DNA of 64,000 bases from Acidimicrobiales bacterium (GCA_029246685.1 JAQWMR010000003.1:3964-67963); one strand, 5' to 3'. Shown: positions 1 to 10,210, counted from the stretch's first letter. The notes: generated by a model not told the origin, from the sequence alone. A program made the numbers and translations.

Positions 1-1
1 C

Positions 2-466
2 CAGGGGCTTCTCACGCTGACAGAACCCGACTTCACGATCCGACTGTTCGCGAACCCGACCGACCGGTCGGAACTGGCGGTCGGTCAGGTCGTCCAGGTC
101 GAGATCGAGGCAGGCGATCAGGACTCGAGCGGCATCATCACGCAACTCGACGACGCCGCGACGATCTCGGACAGCGGCAACGAGAGCTACGAGGGCGTCG
201 TCGAGGTGGACGACGATTTGGCCGCAGTTGACGGTGCGACCGTCCGCATCGAGGTGATCCTCGAAGAACGCGTCAATGCGGTCACAGTTCCGATCGCCGC
301 GATCAGCCTCGACGGTACGGGTAACGAGGTCGTCCAGGTCTTCGATCCCGAGACCAACTCCGTGACGCCGACGCAGATCGTCACCGGCCTGCAGGAGGGC
401 AGCTTCACCGAGGTCGTCTCAGGGCTCGACGGCGACGAGCTCGTCATCGTCAACGTCGACAACTGA
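2..466 (+). CDS. Efflux/ABC periplasmic adaptor (MacA/HlyD-like), C-terminal part; 5' end lies outside the window
   Basis: Frame open from base 2; ends ...AVTVPIAAI...IVTGLQEGSFTEVVSGLDGDELVIV, typical adaptor C-terminus; directly upstream of ABC ATPase and permease. Confidence 0.8.
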   Translation, partial: QGLLTLTEPDFTIRLFANPTDRSELAVGQVVQVEIEAGDQDSSGIITQLDDAATISDSGNESYEGVVEVDDDLAAVDGATVRIEVILEERVNAVTVPIAAISLDGTGNEVVQVFDPETNSVTPTQIVTGLQEGSFTEVVSGLDGDELVIVNVDN

Positions 467-473
467 GGCTCAG

Positions 474-1244
474 GTGTCAGACGGCTCGCTGCTCCAGCTC
501 GAAGAGGTCTCGCGAATCTACGGCGACGAAGTGAAGGTGCACGCGCTCGACCGCGTGTCGATGAGCATCGAGGCGGGCGAGTTCGTGTCGATCGTCGGCC
601 CTTCCGGCTCCGGGAAGTCCACAATGCTGGGACTCCTGGGCCTGCTCGATCTTCCGTCGATCGGCATCATGCGGGTGACCGGCACGTCGGTCCGTGATCT
701 CTCGGACTACGAACGCTCGCGCCTGCGGGGCGACGTCGTCGGCTTCATCTTCCAGCAGTTCCACCTCATCCCGCACCTCGACGCCCGCCGCAACGTCGAG
801 ACCGCCCTTCTCTACCGGAACCTCTCCCCCGGCGAGCGACGCCGCCGCGCCATGGAGGCGCTCGACATCGTCGGCTTGGCCCCCCGATCGGACCACCGCC
901 CGGTACAGCTCTCCGGTGGCGAGCAGCAGCGTGTCGCCATCGCCAGAGCGATCGTCACGAAGCCCAAGCTGCTCCTGGCCGACGAACCCACCGGCGCGCT
1001 GGACTCCAGCAACGCCGCCAACGTCATGGAGATCTTCCAGGACCTCCACACCCCAATCCGCGCGATCGCGATCGTGACGCACGATCCGGCCGTCGCCGCA
1101 ACGGCCCAACGTCGGATCTCGATGAAGGACGGCCAGATCGTCGCGGATGAGCAGCTCCGCGAGAGCAACGGCTCAACCAGCTTCGGCGGCACGATGGGCG
1201 ACGACGGCAACGGAACGCTGACCGCCCCCGAGGTCAGCGGCTGA
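474..1244 (+). CDS. ABC transporter ATP-binding protein (MacB/LolD type)
   Basis: Walker A GPSGSGKS, signature LSGGEQQR, Walker [14 protein letters not shown]-loop VTHD. Confidence 0.95.
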   Translation: MSDGSLLQLEEVSRIYGDEVKVHALDRVSMSIEAGEFVSIVGPSGSGKSTMLGLLGLLDLPSIGIMRVTGTSVRDLSDYERSRLRGDVVGFIFQQFHLIPHLDARRNVETALLYRNLSPGERRRRAMEALDIVGLAPRSDHRPVQLSGGEQQRVAIARAIVTKPKLLLADEPTGALDSSNAANVMEIFQDLHTPIRAIAIVTHDPAVAATAQRRISMKDGQIVADEQLRESNGSTSFGGTMGDDGNGTLTAPEVSG

Positions 1245-2479
1245 TGCGCAGCGTCCTCGATCTGATCAGCGTTGCGCTCAGTGGCCTCACCTCGCGCGTG
1301 AGCCGCACGCTGCTGATCATGCTCGGCCCGATCATCGGCGTGAGCGCCATCGTGGCGGCCGTCGGTCTCACCGAATCAGCGAAGGGCGACCTCCAGGCGG
1401 ATCTGGCCGAACTCGGTACCAACCTCATCACCGCCGACGCAGCCGGGTCGTTCGGCGCCCAGAACCCCTCGTTCCCGGAGGACGTGGTCGAGCGGGTGAG
1501 TTCCCTCAGCGGTGTAGAGAGCGTCACCGGCGTGCGAGCGCTCGATGGCATCATCACGTCCCCATACGACGCAGCCACCACCTACTACACCGCGTTCCCC
1601 ACCCCGGTCCTGACCGCTGACCCGGGCTTTCTCGAGGTGATGCAGATCGAGCTGTTGAGCGGCCGCTGGCTGAATGACTTCGACTATGAAAACGGCGCTC
1701 GCGTCGCCGTCATCGGCGTCGACATCGCCAACGAGTTCAACTATCTCGCCGGCGACAACCGGACGTTGCTGCTCGACGGGCTGGAGTTCGGCATCGTCGG
1801 CGTCTACGACAACGTTCGGCTGGCCGACGCGTTCAACACGTCGGTTCTGATCCCACCGCTCGCCGCCGACAACGAGTTCGACACCGGCCTCGAAACCAAC
1901 ACGCTCTACATCCGCGCCGACCCCGAGCGCGTCGAAGAGGTCGAAGACAACCTGCCGATCGCGATCAATCTTGGCGGATCCGAAGAGGTCAACACCTCCA
2001 TACCGTCCGACGCGCTTGAGGCATCAGCCAAGGCGGACTCCACGCTCCAGGTCATCGTGGCGTCAATGGGCATCCTGGCACTCATCGTCGGCGGCGTCGG
2101 TATCGCCAACGTGATGTCGATCTCCGTTATCCAGCGGTCAGCCGAGATCGGCATCCGTCGCGCCCTTGGTCATGGTCGCGGGCTCATCGCCTGGCAGTTC
2201 CTGCTCGAGGCAGTCGCCGTTGGCTTCTTCGGCGGCCTCGCGGGCGTGGGCGTCGGGATCTTCATCGTCGTCTTCGCATCGCGGATCTTCGACTGGACCC
2301 ATGTCCTGGATCCCGTACTGGTCATCGGGAGCCTCGAATTCTCGAGCCACAGCATGGGTGTGCCGACCGTGTACCTGCTGGGCATGGGTGCGGCGCTACT
2401 CACATCAGTCGTCGCTGGTTTGTACCCGTCGGTGAAGGCTGCTCGCCTCGAGCCGCTCGAGACGCTCCGTCTCGGCTAG
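1244..2479 (+). CDS. ABC transporter permease (MacB/FtsX type)
   Basis: N-terminal TM, large extracytoplasmic loop, [10 protein letters not shown] and EIGIRRALG motifs, ends [11 protein letters not shown]; TGATG overlap with ATPase. Confidence 0.93.
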   Translation: MRSVLDLISVALSGLTSRVSRTLLIMLGPIIGVSAIVAAVGLTESAKGDLQADLAELGTNLITADAAGSFGAQNPSFPEDVVERVSSLSGVESVTGVRALDGIITSPYDAATTYYTAFPTPVLTADPGFLEVMQIELLSGRWLNDFDYENGARVAVIGVDIANEFNYLAGDNRTLLLDGLEFGIVGVYDNVRLADAFNTSVLIPPLAADNEFDTGLETNTLYIRADPERVEEVEDNLPIAINLGGSEEVNTSIPSDALEASAKADSTLQVIVASMGILALIVGGVGIANVMSISVIQRSAEIGIRRALGHGRGLIAWQFLLEAVAVGFFGGLAGVGVGIFIVVFASRIFDWTHVLDPVLVIGSLEFSSHSMGVPTVYLLGMGAALLTSVVAGLYPSVKAARLEPLETLRLG

Positions 2480-2895
2480 ATCGCGAAGTCCTGGCGGCGA
2501 CGGATGCGGTCCGAGAGGATCCGGGTGGATCCGCCGAGGCAGAGAAGGAGAACCCCGAGGCCGACCAGCGCGTAGGTGGTGCGGCCCGTCACCGCGAGCA
2601 TCTCCGGCATCGGGTTGACCTCAGTTTCTCCCCGCACGTCGGGCTCCGGCACCGTGGTCGGCGATCCAAGATCCGGACCCGTGGGAGCGACAGCCTCGGG
2701 TGACGACAGCGCGACAGTGGTGGGGACCGTCGTCTCAGTGCCTTCACCGTCGACCGTCTCGCTCGCGGTGGCGTGCTGCACACCCGCGACGAGGCCGAGT
2801 AGAGAGAAGACCAGGCTTGCGGCCGTGAGCGCGCTCGCGTCCCGACGGCGATGACCATCCGAGCAGGTCTTCCGCAGAGCAATCAGCGGATCCAC
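2476..2895 (-). CDS. Small secreted protein with LAxTG sortase-like sorting signal (start uncertain)
   Basis: Signal-peptide-like stretch ending ATA, T/P/E-rich linker, LAVTG + hydrophobic helix + RRR tail. Confidence 0.6.
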   Translation of the reverse strand: MDPLIALRKTCSDGHRRRDASALTAASLVFSLLGLVAGVQHATASETVDGEGTETTVPTTVALSSPEAVAPTGPDLGSPTTVPEPDVRGETEVNPMPEMLAVTGRTTYALVGLGVLLLCLGGSTRILSDRIRRRQDFAI

Positions 2896-2921
2896 GCGAT
2901 CACCGCAAGACTTCGACCCCT

Positions 2922-2960
2922 GGAAAAGACGAGAACGGCACCCCCCTCGGGTGCCGTTCC
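2922..2960 (-). terminator. Intrinsic terminator downstream of cspA
   Basis: 11-bp stem GAACGGCACCC (2933-2943) / GGGTGCCGTTC (2949-2959) followed on the minus strand by TCGTCTTTT. Confidence 0.8.
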
Positions 2961-2998
2961 GCGTTCTGTTTCGATTAGAGATCGTGTGAGTCGGAGAC

Positions 2999-3199
2999 TC
3001 AGATCACCTTCACGCCGAGGGCTTCGTCACCCTTGCGGCCGGGTCCGACTTCGAACTCGACCTTCTGGCCTTCTTCGAGGGTCCGGAAGCCGGAGCCGTC
3101 GATGTTGGAGAAGTGGACGAAGACGTCGTCGCCGTCTTCGCGGGAGATGAACCCGTATCCCTTCTCGTTGTTGAAGAACTTCACTGTGCCCGTCGGCAT
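2999..3199 (-). CDS. cspA: Cold-shock protein
   Basis: [18 protein letters not shown]...DVFVHFSNI (RNP1/RNP2); GAAAGGAA RBS before ATG 3199. Confidence 0.97.
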   Translation of the reverse strand: MPTGTVKFFNNEKGYGFISREDGDDVFVHFSNIDGSGFRTLEEGQKVEFEVGPGRKGDEALGVKVI

Positions 3200-3328
3200 A
3201 TGGGCATTCCTTTCGTATGACGCGCGTCCCAACGTGGAACCCTCTCTTCAACACTAAACACGACCGAGGTGCAAATGTCGTCAGGGTGGGGTTGGAGACC
3301 CGATCCGCGACCCGCGAGACTCCGCCTC

Positions 3329-5149
3329 ATGGATCCCATCGCGACCACTGCGCCCTCCGACTGCACTGTGGTTTCACTGCCGTTGGTACCGGGCCAGGAG
3401 GTCGCCGAAGGAGCCACCGTCGCCATCGTCGAGGTAATGAAGATCGAACAGTTGGTCGTCGCACCCTGCGACGGCGTCGTGGCCGCGGTCGCCGTCGCGG
3501 TCGGTGACGTGGTGAAGCGGGACGCTCCGCTGATGACGATCACACCCGGAACGATCGACGCGGTCCACACCGTCGACGAGGACACAGTTACCACCGGAAT
3601 CCGATTGGATCTGGCCGAAGTGCTGGCCCGCAGAGCGCTGCTCGGCGACGATGCCCGACCCGATGCCGTGGCAAAGGTCCACTCCCGTGGACGTCGTACG
3701 GCCCGCGAGAACCTCGCCGACCTCGTCGATGACGACAGCTTCGAAGAGTACGGGTCGTTCATGTACGCGGCGCAGACTCGTCGTCGCAGCCGCGAGGACT
3801 TGATCGCCAACACGCCCGGCGACGGCATCGTCGGCGGGATCGGGCGGATCAACGGCAACGAATTCGCCGACGACCAGAGTCGCTGCGCGGTGATGTCATA
3901 TGACTACACAGTGCTCGCCGGCACCCAAGGGCTGCGCGGCCACCAGAAGAAGGACCGTTTGTTCGAGGTGTGCGAGCGTCTCGAACTCCCGCTCGTTCTT
4001 TTTGCCGAGGGCGGCGGCGGACGACCCGGCGATACTGACGGGTCATCGATCGCCGGGCTCAACGTGCCGTCGTTCGCGGCAATCAGTCGCCTGAGCGGTC
4101 TTGTTCCGACGGTTGCCATCGTCTCGGGGCGTTGCTTCGCCGGCAACGCTGCGCTGGCCGGCGTGTGCGACGTCATCATCGCCACCCCGGACGCCAACCT
4201 CGGCATGGCCGGACCGGCGATGATCGAAGGCGGTGGACTCGGCGTCTTCGCGCCCGAAGACATCGGCCCGGTCGACGTGCAGACCGCCAACGGCGTCATC
4301 GACATCCTAGTTCCGGACGACGCGGCGGCCGTGGACGCAGCCAAGCGCTACCTGTCGTACTTCCAGGGCGCAACGAAGGACTGGACGGCGCACGACCAGG
4401 AACTGCTGCGCGGCGTCGTGCCGGAGAAGCGGAAGCGGGCCTACAACGTCCGCGATGCCATCGAGCTGCTCGCCGACGAGGGGTCCGTCATGGAGCTCCG
4501 GCCCGCCTACGCCGAAGGCATGATCACGAGCCTCGTCCGCCTCGAAGGTCGACCAGTCGGAGTGATCGCGAACAATCCGCTCCACCTAGGCGGCGCGATC
4601 GACGCGCCTGGCTCAGACAAAGCCGCCCGCTTCATGCAGCTCTGCGACGGCCACGGCATCCCACTCTTGTTCCTGTGCGACACGCCGGGCTTCATGGTCG
4701 GCCCGGAAGCCGAGAAGGACGCCCAGGTCCGCCGATTCGGGCGGATGTTCGTCGTCGGGGCCAGCCTGACCATTCCCTTCGCGACGGTCGTCCTCCGTAA
4801 GGCTGTCGGTCTCGGGGCGCAGGCTATGGCGGGAGGCAGCTTCCACGCACCGCTCATGACGATCTCTTGGCCGACGGGCGAGGTCAGCGGCATGGGCATC
4901 GAGGGGGCCATAACCCTCGGCGCCCGCCGCGAACTCGACGCGATCGACGACGCGGACGAACGGGCGGCGGCGTACGAGGAGCGAGTGGCGATGATGTACG
5001 AGCACTCGAAAGCCCTGAACGCGGCCGCCCACCACGAATTCGACGATGTGATCGACCCCGCCGAAACACGGCGACGCATCGTCAACCTGCTTCGGTCCGC
5101 TCCGGCCAACCCCGCCCGCCGACGGCGCCCCCACATCGACACCTGGTGA
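3329..5149 (+). CDS. Biotin carboxyl carrier + carboxyltransferase fusion (acyl-CoA carboxylase)
   Basis: EVMKIE biotinyl-Lys motif, then CT motifs YDYTVLAGT, EGGGGRPGD, DTPGFMVG, DDVIDPAETR. Confidence 0.9.
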   Translation: MDPIATTAPSDCTVVSLPLVPGQEVAEGATVAIVEVMKIEQLVVAPCDGVVAAVAVAVGDVVKRDAPLMTITPGTIDAVHTVDEDTVTTGIRLDLAEVLARRALLGDDARPDAVAKVHSRGRRTARENLADLVDDDSFEEYGSFMYAAQTRRRSREDLIANTPGDGIVGGIGRINGNEFADDQSRCAVMSYDYTVLAGTQGLRGHQKKDRLFEVCERLELPLVLFAEGGGGRPGDTDGSSIAGLNVPSFAAISRLSGLVPTVAIVSGRCFAGNAALAGVCDVIIATPDANLGMAGPAMIEGGGLGVFAPEDIGPVDVQTANGVIDILVPDDAAAVDAAKRYLSYFQGATKDWTAHDQELLRGVVPEKRKRAYNVRDAIELLADEGSVMELRPAYAEGMITSLVRLEGRPVGVIANNPLHLGGAIDAPGSDKAARFMQLCDGHGIPLLFLCDTPGFMVGPEAEKDAQVRRFGRMFVVGASLTIPFATVVLRKAVGLGAQAMAGGSFHAPLMTISWPTGEVSGMGIEGAITLGARRELDAIDDADERAAAYEERVAMMYEHSKALNAAAHHEFDDVIDPAETRRRIVNLLRSAPANPARRRRPHIDTW

Positions 5150-5162
5150 GAAAGACGCAGCC

Positions 5163-6320
5163 ATGGACTTTTCGGACAACGAAGACCACGAACTGATCGA
5201 GGACGCGATCAAGGCCATCTGCGCCGACTTCGACGACGACTACTGGTCTCGCCTCGATGAGGCCCACGAGTTCCCGTGGGACTTCTACAACCGACTGGCC
5301 GAGGGCGGCTGGATCGGCATCGCCATCCCCGAGGAGTACGGCGGAGGCGGACGAGGCATCACGGAGGCCGCGCTGATCCTGCGCACGATCGCGGCGAGTG
5401 GCGCGGCCATGAACGGTTGCTCCGCGGTCCACCTGACGATCTTCGGACTGAACCCGGTTATGGTCTTCGGCAACGACCGCCTAAAGGAGACCTTCCTCCC
5501 GCGCGCCGCAGCCGGCGACCTCCACGTCGCGTTCGGCGTGACCGAAGCGAACGCAGGCACAGACACGTCACAGATCCAGACCCGCGCGATCCGCGACGGC
5601 GAGAACTGGGTCATCCGAGGCCAGAAGATCTGGACGACGAAGGCGCTCGAGTCCGAAGTGGTGCTTCTGCTCGTCCGTACCGGTGAAGCGGACTCTGGGT
5701 TCGACGGTCTCAGCCTGTTCCTCGCCGACCTCGATCCGGATCATGTCGACATCCGACCGATTCCGAAGGCGGGCCGCAACGCGGTCGCCAGCTGCGAGGT
5801 CTTCTACGACGACCTGCCCGTCGAGGGATGGCGGCTCGTCGGCGAGGAAGGGAAAGGCTTTCGCCACATCCTCCACGGCCTGAACCCGGAGCGCATCCTG
5901 TTGGCGTCAGAGGCCACAGGAATCGGCGAGGTCGCGCTGCGGCGAGCCGTGGACTACGCCAAGGAGCGGGAAGTCTTCGGTGTCCCGATCGGCTCGAACC
6001 AGGCAATCAGTCACCCGTTGGCCAAGGCCCGCATCGAGCTCGCCGCCGCGTGGCGGGCCGCCCAGGAAGCTGCGTGGCGCTACGACAACGACCTGCCCTG
6101 CGGCGAGCACGCCAACAGCGCCAAGTACCTCGCCGCCGAGGCTGCCTTCTTCGCCGCCGACGCCGCGTTGCAGACCCACGGGGGCATGGGCTACGCCCGC
6201 GAGTACTACGTGGAGCGCTATTGGCGAGAAGCTCGCGTCCAACGCCTCGCTCCAGTGAGCCAGGAAATGACCCTCAACTTCATCGCCCAAACCGTGATGG
6301 GCCTCCCCCGCTCCTACTGA
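5163..6320 (+). CDS. Acyl-CoA dehydrogenase
   Basis: IPEEYGGGG, FGVTEANAGTD, GQKIWTT, QTHGGMGY, C-terminal MGLPRSY. Confidence 0.95.
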   Translation: MDFSDNEDHELIEDAIKAICADFDDDYWSRLDEAHEFPWDFYNRLAEGGWIGIAIPEEYGGGGRGITEAALILRTIAASGAAMNGCSAVHLTIFGLNPVMVFGNDRLKETFLPRAAAGDLHVAFGVTEANAGTDTSQIQTRAIRDGENWVIRGQKIWTTKALESEVVLLLVRTGEADSGFDGLSLFLADLDPDHVDIRPIPKAGRNAVASCEVFYDDLPVEGWRLVGEEGKGFRHILHGLNPERILLASEATGIGEVALRRAVDYAKEREVFGVPIGSNQAISHPLAKARIELAAAWRAAQEAAWRYDNDLPCGEHANSAKYLAAEAAFFAADAALQTHGGMGYAREYYVERYWREARVQRLAPVSQEMTLNFIAQTVMGLPRSY

Positions 6321-6321
6321 T

Positions 6322-6399
6322 CCACCCCACCCCCCAATCGTTCTGGTGCACCAATGGTGTCAATCGGACACCCCTCGTGCACCAGAACGGTGGGGTTGG
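6322..6399. repeat. Long imperfect palindrome (REP-like / bidirectional terminator) between convergent genes
   Basis: Perfect 13-bp IR CGTTCTGGTGCAC (6339-6351) / GTGCACCAGAACG (6377-6389), inner GGTGTC/GACACC stem, outer CCACCCCACC/GGTGGGGTTGG. Confidence 0.8.
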
Positions 6400-6400
6400 G

Positions 6401-7336
6401 TCAGTCGCGGCCGGTGGCGTCGCGGAAGTGGCCGACCATCTCGGCGATCTTCTCCTGGGCGTCGGGGGCATCGTTGGCGAGGCGCAGCATCGCCCGGAAG
6501 TCGGTGACGCCGGCCTCGACGAGCACGGGGACACCGGCCATCGTCGCTTCGTAGTCGGCCGCTCCGTCCCCATCGGTGGCGATGGGCAGGTTCGCGACAA
6601 CCTCGATGCAGGCAGGATCTCGACCCTCGGCCGCTACGGCCTCGCGCATCTTTGCGATCCCGGTGGTGAGATCGGCGGCGTCCGGGCCCCACGGGATCCA
6701 GCCGCTACCGAAGCGAGCGAGACGGCGCATGGACCGAGCGTTGACGGTGCCACTGACCCAGATCGGCACACCGCCCGACTGATGCGGCTTCGGCATCTGG
6801 TGGATCCCGTCGAACGACAGCCGGTCGCTCTCGTAGGTCGCCCGGTCGTTCTGCCAGAGCGTCTGCAGCACCTCGAGTGTGTGGTCGAGCTGGGCACCGC
6901 GATCATCGAAGTCGAGACCGCAGGCCTCGTATTCCTCTCGCTGCCAGCCTACGCCGATACCGAGATCGACTCGGCCGCCGCTCAACACGTCCATCGTGGA
7001 CAGTGTCTTGGCGAGTGCGGTGGGGCGCCGCAACGCGGCGATGAGGATGTTCGTACTGAACCGCAGCCGCGTCGTGACCGCGGTGAGGTGGGCGATGGTG
7101 GCCAACGGATCCAGCCAGTGACCGTCCGGTCCGGTGGGCTGGGTTCCGCCGGCGGTTCCCCCGGCCTTCGGATCGCCGTAGGCCTCGAGGTTCTCACCGA
7201 ACGCGACGTGGTCGGACAGCGCGAAGCGGTCGAGGCCGGCCTCGTCGGCCGCCTGTACACGATCCACGAGATGTGACCAGTCCCCGGGGTCTTCCGCGGC
7301 GAACGTGATCAGGGTCATCGAGAGCTTCGGCGTCAT
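6401..7336 (-). CDS. LLM-class F420-dependent oxidoreductase
   Basis: SDHV, DPLATIAHL, LSGGRVDLGIGVGWQREEY, PKPHQSGGVPIWVSG luciferase-like motifs. Confidence 0.92.
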   Translation of the reverse strand: MTPKLSMTLITFAAEDPGDWSHLVDRVQAADEAGLDRFALSDHVAFGENLEAYGDPKAGGTAGGTQPTGPDGHWLDPLATIAHLTAVTTRLRFSTNILIAALRRPTALAKTLSTMDVLSGGRVDLGIGVGWQREEYEACGLDFDDRGAQLDHTLEVLQTLWQNDRATYESDRLSFDGIHQMPKPHQSGGVPIWVSGTVNARSMRRLARFGSGWIPWGPDAADLTTGIAKMREAVAAEGRDPACIEVVANLPIATDGDGAADYEATMAGVPVLVEAGVTDFRAMLRLANDAPDAQEKIAEMVGHFRDATGRD

Positions 7337-7722
7337 GGCAAGACCCTACGCGGCCGTCGCGGGCGCCGTGTGTGGCGCCAGACGAGAAACGCGAAGAGGA
7401 ATTGGAACGGTAGCCGGACGAGATTGCGAGTTCGTACACCTTCGGCGTTCTCGACCCGCTCCATCTTCCCGTCGTCACCTGGCTCCATGTCGACGTCGTT
7501 CAGATACATGTCGAGGTTCGCGGGGAACACGCCGGCGAGAATCGCGAGCAAGCCGAAGGCGGCGACACGGCGAGTGCGACGCGGCGCCATGGCCAGCCCG
7601 CATGCGATCTCTGCAGCGCCAGACGCCTGGTTCGCCAGCTTCGGGTTCGGGAACCACCGCGGGACGATCGACTCGAAGAAATCAGGACGGGCGAAGTGCG
7701 CCACCCCGGCACCGGCGAACAT
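7333..7722 (-). CDS. DoxX-family membrane protein (probable true start 7760, separated by a 1-nt frameshift)
   Basis: AGVAHF..PDFF..IVP, SGAAEI, VFPAN, RLPFQ motifs. Confidence 0.8.
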   Translation of the reverse strand: MFAGAGVAHFARPDFFESIVPRWFPNPKLANQASGAAEIACGLAMAPRRTRRVAAFGLLAILAGVFPANLDMYLNDVDMEPGDDGKMERVENAEGVRTRNLVRLPFQFLFAFLVWRHTRRPRRPRRVLP

Positions 7723-7756
7723 CGCACCGCCGCGTAGGCCGAACGGTCGCTCGCGC

Positions 7757-8593
7757 TCATCGGCCCATCATGGCGAACGCGCCACCTTCGATGAGGCCGC
7801 CTCGAACCGGCTTGAGGAGATCGATGAACCGCCGCGTCTCGTCCGGGCCGACCGCGTCGACCATGGCGATGCACGCGTCGTTCGTCCGATGTTCGATGTC
7901 GTCGCGAAAAGCACGACCCTCGTCGGAGAACTGCCCGTCTCCGACCAGAAGGCCGCGCGCAATGAGGCGCTCCACGCCTGCGTTCCACTTGTCCTCTGGC
8001 CACTGGCGAGTGGCAACCAGCGCAGCCTTCGGCACTTGGTCGGTCGCGGCGTGCAGCGCCAGCGCTTCGACCGGGTCCACGGGTGCGGAGACGAGCGCGG
8101 AGACGTGAGCGTCGCCGCGCCACTCTCGCAGCACGGTGATCCGCTGCCACAGCCGTTCCCACGGGTCGTCCGGTTCCGGCACGGCCCGATTGGCTGCCGC
8201 GAGGGCGCGCCCCTCATCGCCGAGGCCGTCCATCATCTTTCCGGCAAGCGCCGTCGCTGCGTCGATGTCGACGTCACTGTCGGCGCACATTCTGGACAAC
8301 ACCCGGCCGGCGGCCCGCATCCGGGCGTCTTGGATGTCCGCCGGCGCGGCGAGCGTCCAGGCCTCCGGGATGACGTCGTGAACCAGTGCGGGATTGAAGT
8401 TGAAGAACGTCGCCACGATCACGCCGGCCGGCACCGGCCCGAAGCAGGCGCCACGGCTCGCAAAGTAGTGGTACGTCGCCGGAAGGCCGACTGCCTCGTA
8501 CTCCTCGCTGGCTTCCGGGGCGAAGTAGATGAACCCATGGGTCATGTTGGTGATCGCGCCGAGCTTGGCCACGAGGTCGAGGGAGTCGCTCAT
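7757..8593 (-). CDS. Conserved actinobacterial protein (SCO6745-like family)
   Basis: IYFAPEA, YFASRGA, ATFFNFNP, LREWRGDAH pattern recognised from memory; leaderless-type TACGGT before ATG. Confidence 0.75.
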   Translation of the reverse strand: MSDSLDLVAKLGAITNMTHGFIYFAPEASEEYEAVGLPATYHYFASRGACFGPVPAGVIVATFFNFNPALVHDVIPEAWTLAAPADIQDARMRAAGRVLSRMCADSDVDIDAATALAGKMMDGLGDEGRALAAANRAVPEPDDPWERLWQRITVLREWRGDAHVSALVSAPVDPVEALALHAATDQVPKAALVATRQWPEDKWNAGVERLIARGLLVGDGQFSDEGRAFRDDIEHRTNDACIAMVDAVGPDETRRFIDLLKPVRGGLIEGGAFAMMGR

Positions 8594-8646
8594 GGCGGGC
8601 ACCGTAGGCGCAAATGAGTGGAGGTCCCCAGGCGTGGCCTGCCACG

Positions 8647-9201
8647 ATGGCGCCTATTAGCGCCCCAGACCCAGTCCCGCCGAGTCCCGACGAGAAGGAC
8701 TGGACGTGGGTCTTGACCACACCGTGTCCGGAGTGTGGGTTCAACGCCGCCGAGTTCGAGGCAACCGATGTCGCCGACCTCCTGCACCAGAACAGCGCCG
8801 ACTGGGAGCAGATTCTCCGCGGTGATGACGCGGTGGTTCGCCGCCGGCCCTCCCCCGCCACATGGTCGCCACTCGGGTACGCGTGTCATGTGCGTGACGT
8901 CCACGTCCTGTACCTGGAGCGACTCGAGCTGATGTTGAACGAGGACGGGCCTCAATACCCCAACTGGGACCAGGACGAGACGGCTCTCGCCGAGCGCTAC
9001 CACGAGGTGGACCCCACAACCGTTGCCGTCGAGCTACGAGCAGCGGCCGATGCGCTGGCTGATCGCTTCCGAACGGCCGCTGACGGCGAGTGGGAGCAAA
9101 CCGGCTATCGCAACGACGGGGCGGAGTTCACCGTGACCACGTTCGCGAAGTACTTCATTCACGACCCGATCCACCACGTCCACGACGCGCGTATCGGCTG
9201 A
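8647..9201 (+). CDS. DinB-family protein with N-terminal CxxC
   Basis: KDWTWVL..PCPECGF, WSPLGYACHVRDV, terminal HDPIHHVHD; start could also be 8614. Confidence 0.85.
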   Translation: MAPISAPDPVPPSPDEKDWTWVLTTPCPECGFNAAEFEATDVADLLHQNSADWEQILRGDDAVVRRRPSPATWSPLGYACHVRDVHVLYLERLELMLNEDGPQYPNWDQDETALAERYHEVDPTTVAVELRAAADALADRFRTAADGEWEQTGYRNDGAEFTVTTFAKYFIHDPIHHVHDARIG

Positions 9202-9217
9202 CGTCGAGCCGAAGCGT

Positions 9218-10210
9218 TCAGCTACGGCGACGACGGTTGCGGCGAGGCGACCCATCGGTCGCCGCCCGCGTGGGCGCCTCGACAACCTCGACGTCGGGCA
9301 CCGGGACAGTGCCGTCGAGAACCGCTCGGATGGCGGCGACGTGGTCGGGCGAGTTGCCGCAGCAACCTCCGACGATCTGGATACCGGCCTCGCGCATGCG
9401 GTGCGCGTGGGCACCCATGATGTCGGGCGAGCCGCTATAGCTGAGCTCTGCGCCATGCCACTCCGGGATACCGGCGTTGGCCTTGGAAATCACCGGAAGG
9501 TGGGTGTTGGCGCGAATCTCGATGAGGGCGGCTTCCGTCTCCGGCAGGTTGTTGCCGCAGTTGGCGCCGATGGCGGAGACGCCGAGTTCGGTCAGCCGCT
9601 GCGCGGCCTGCGTGCCGGTGATGCCCATCATCGTGCGCCCCGCGGTGTCGAAGCTCAGGGTGACGGTGATCGGCAGATCGCTCGCCCGTTTTGCACCTTC
9701 GACGGCCGCCTCGATCTCTTCGAGCGCGCTCATCGTCTCGATCCAGAGCACATCAGCGCCACCCTGGGTGAGGCCTTCGGCCTGTTCGGCGAATGCGTCG
9801 GCGGCAGCGGCCGGCTCGAGTTCGCCGAGCGGAACGATCAGCTCACCCGTGGGCCCCATGGAACCGGCGACGAGGACTCGCTTGGAGGATGCATCGGCGG
9901 CGGCACGAGCATTGCCCGCGGCCGCTGCGTTGACCTCGATGACCCGATCGTCGAGCTTGTGCAGCGCCAGTCGGAAGCGGGTGCCACCGAAGCTGTTGGT
10001 GAGAATGATGTCGGATCCTGCGTCGACGTAGGCCCGGTGCATGTCCTGCACCGCGTCGGCCATATCGAGATTCATGCGCTCCGGCGCATCGCCGGCGGGC
10101 AGCCCTCGGGCGAACAGCTCCGTGCCCGTCGCCCCGTCGACGACGAGGTGGCTACGTTCGGCGATCAACTCATCGAGAACGGTCGCGCGGAAATCAGTGC
10201 TTGTCGTCAC
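9218..10210 (-). CDS. bmt: Betaine/homocysteine S-methyltransferase (stand-alone Hcy-binding module)
   Basis: DGATGT, AGSDIILTNSFGG, GSMGPTG, GANCG, GGCCG Zn ligands; GTG start 10210 preceded by TACGCT. Confidence 0.85.
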   Translation of the reverse strand: MTTSTDFRATVLDELIAERSHLVVDGATGTELFARGLPAGDAPERMNLDMADAVQDMHRAYVDAGSDIILTNSFGGTRFRLALHKLDDRVIEVNAAAAGNARAAADASSKRVLVAGSMGPTGELIVPLGELEPAAAADAFAEQAEGLTQGGADVLWIETMSALEEIEAAVEGAKRASDLPITVTLSFDTAGRTMMGITGTQAAQRLTELGVSAIGANCGNNLPETEAALIEIRANTHLPVISKANAGIPEWHGAELSYSGSPDIMGAHAHRMREAGIQIVGGCCGNSPDHVAAIRAVLDGTVPVPDVEVVEAPTRAATDGSPRRNRRRRS

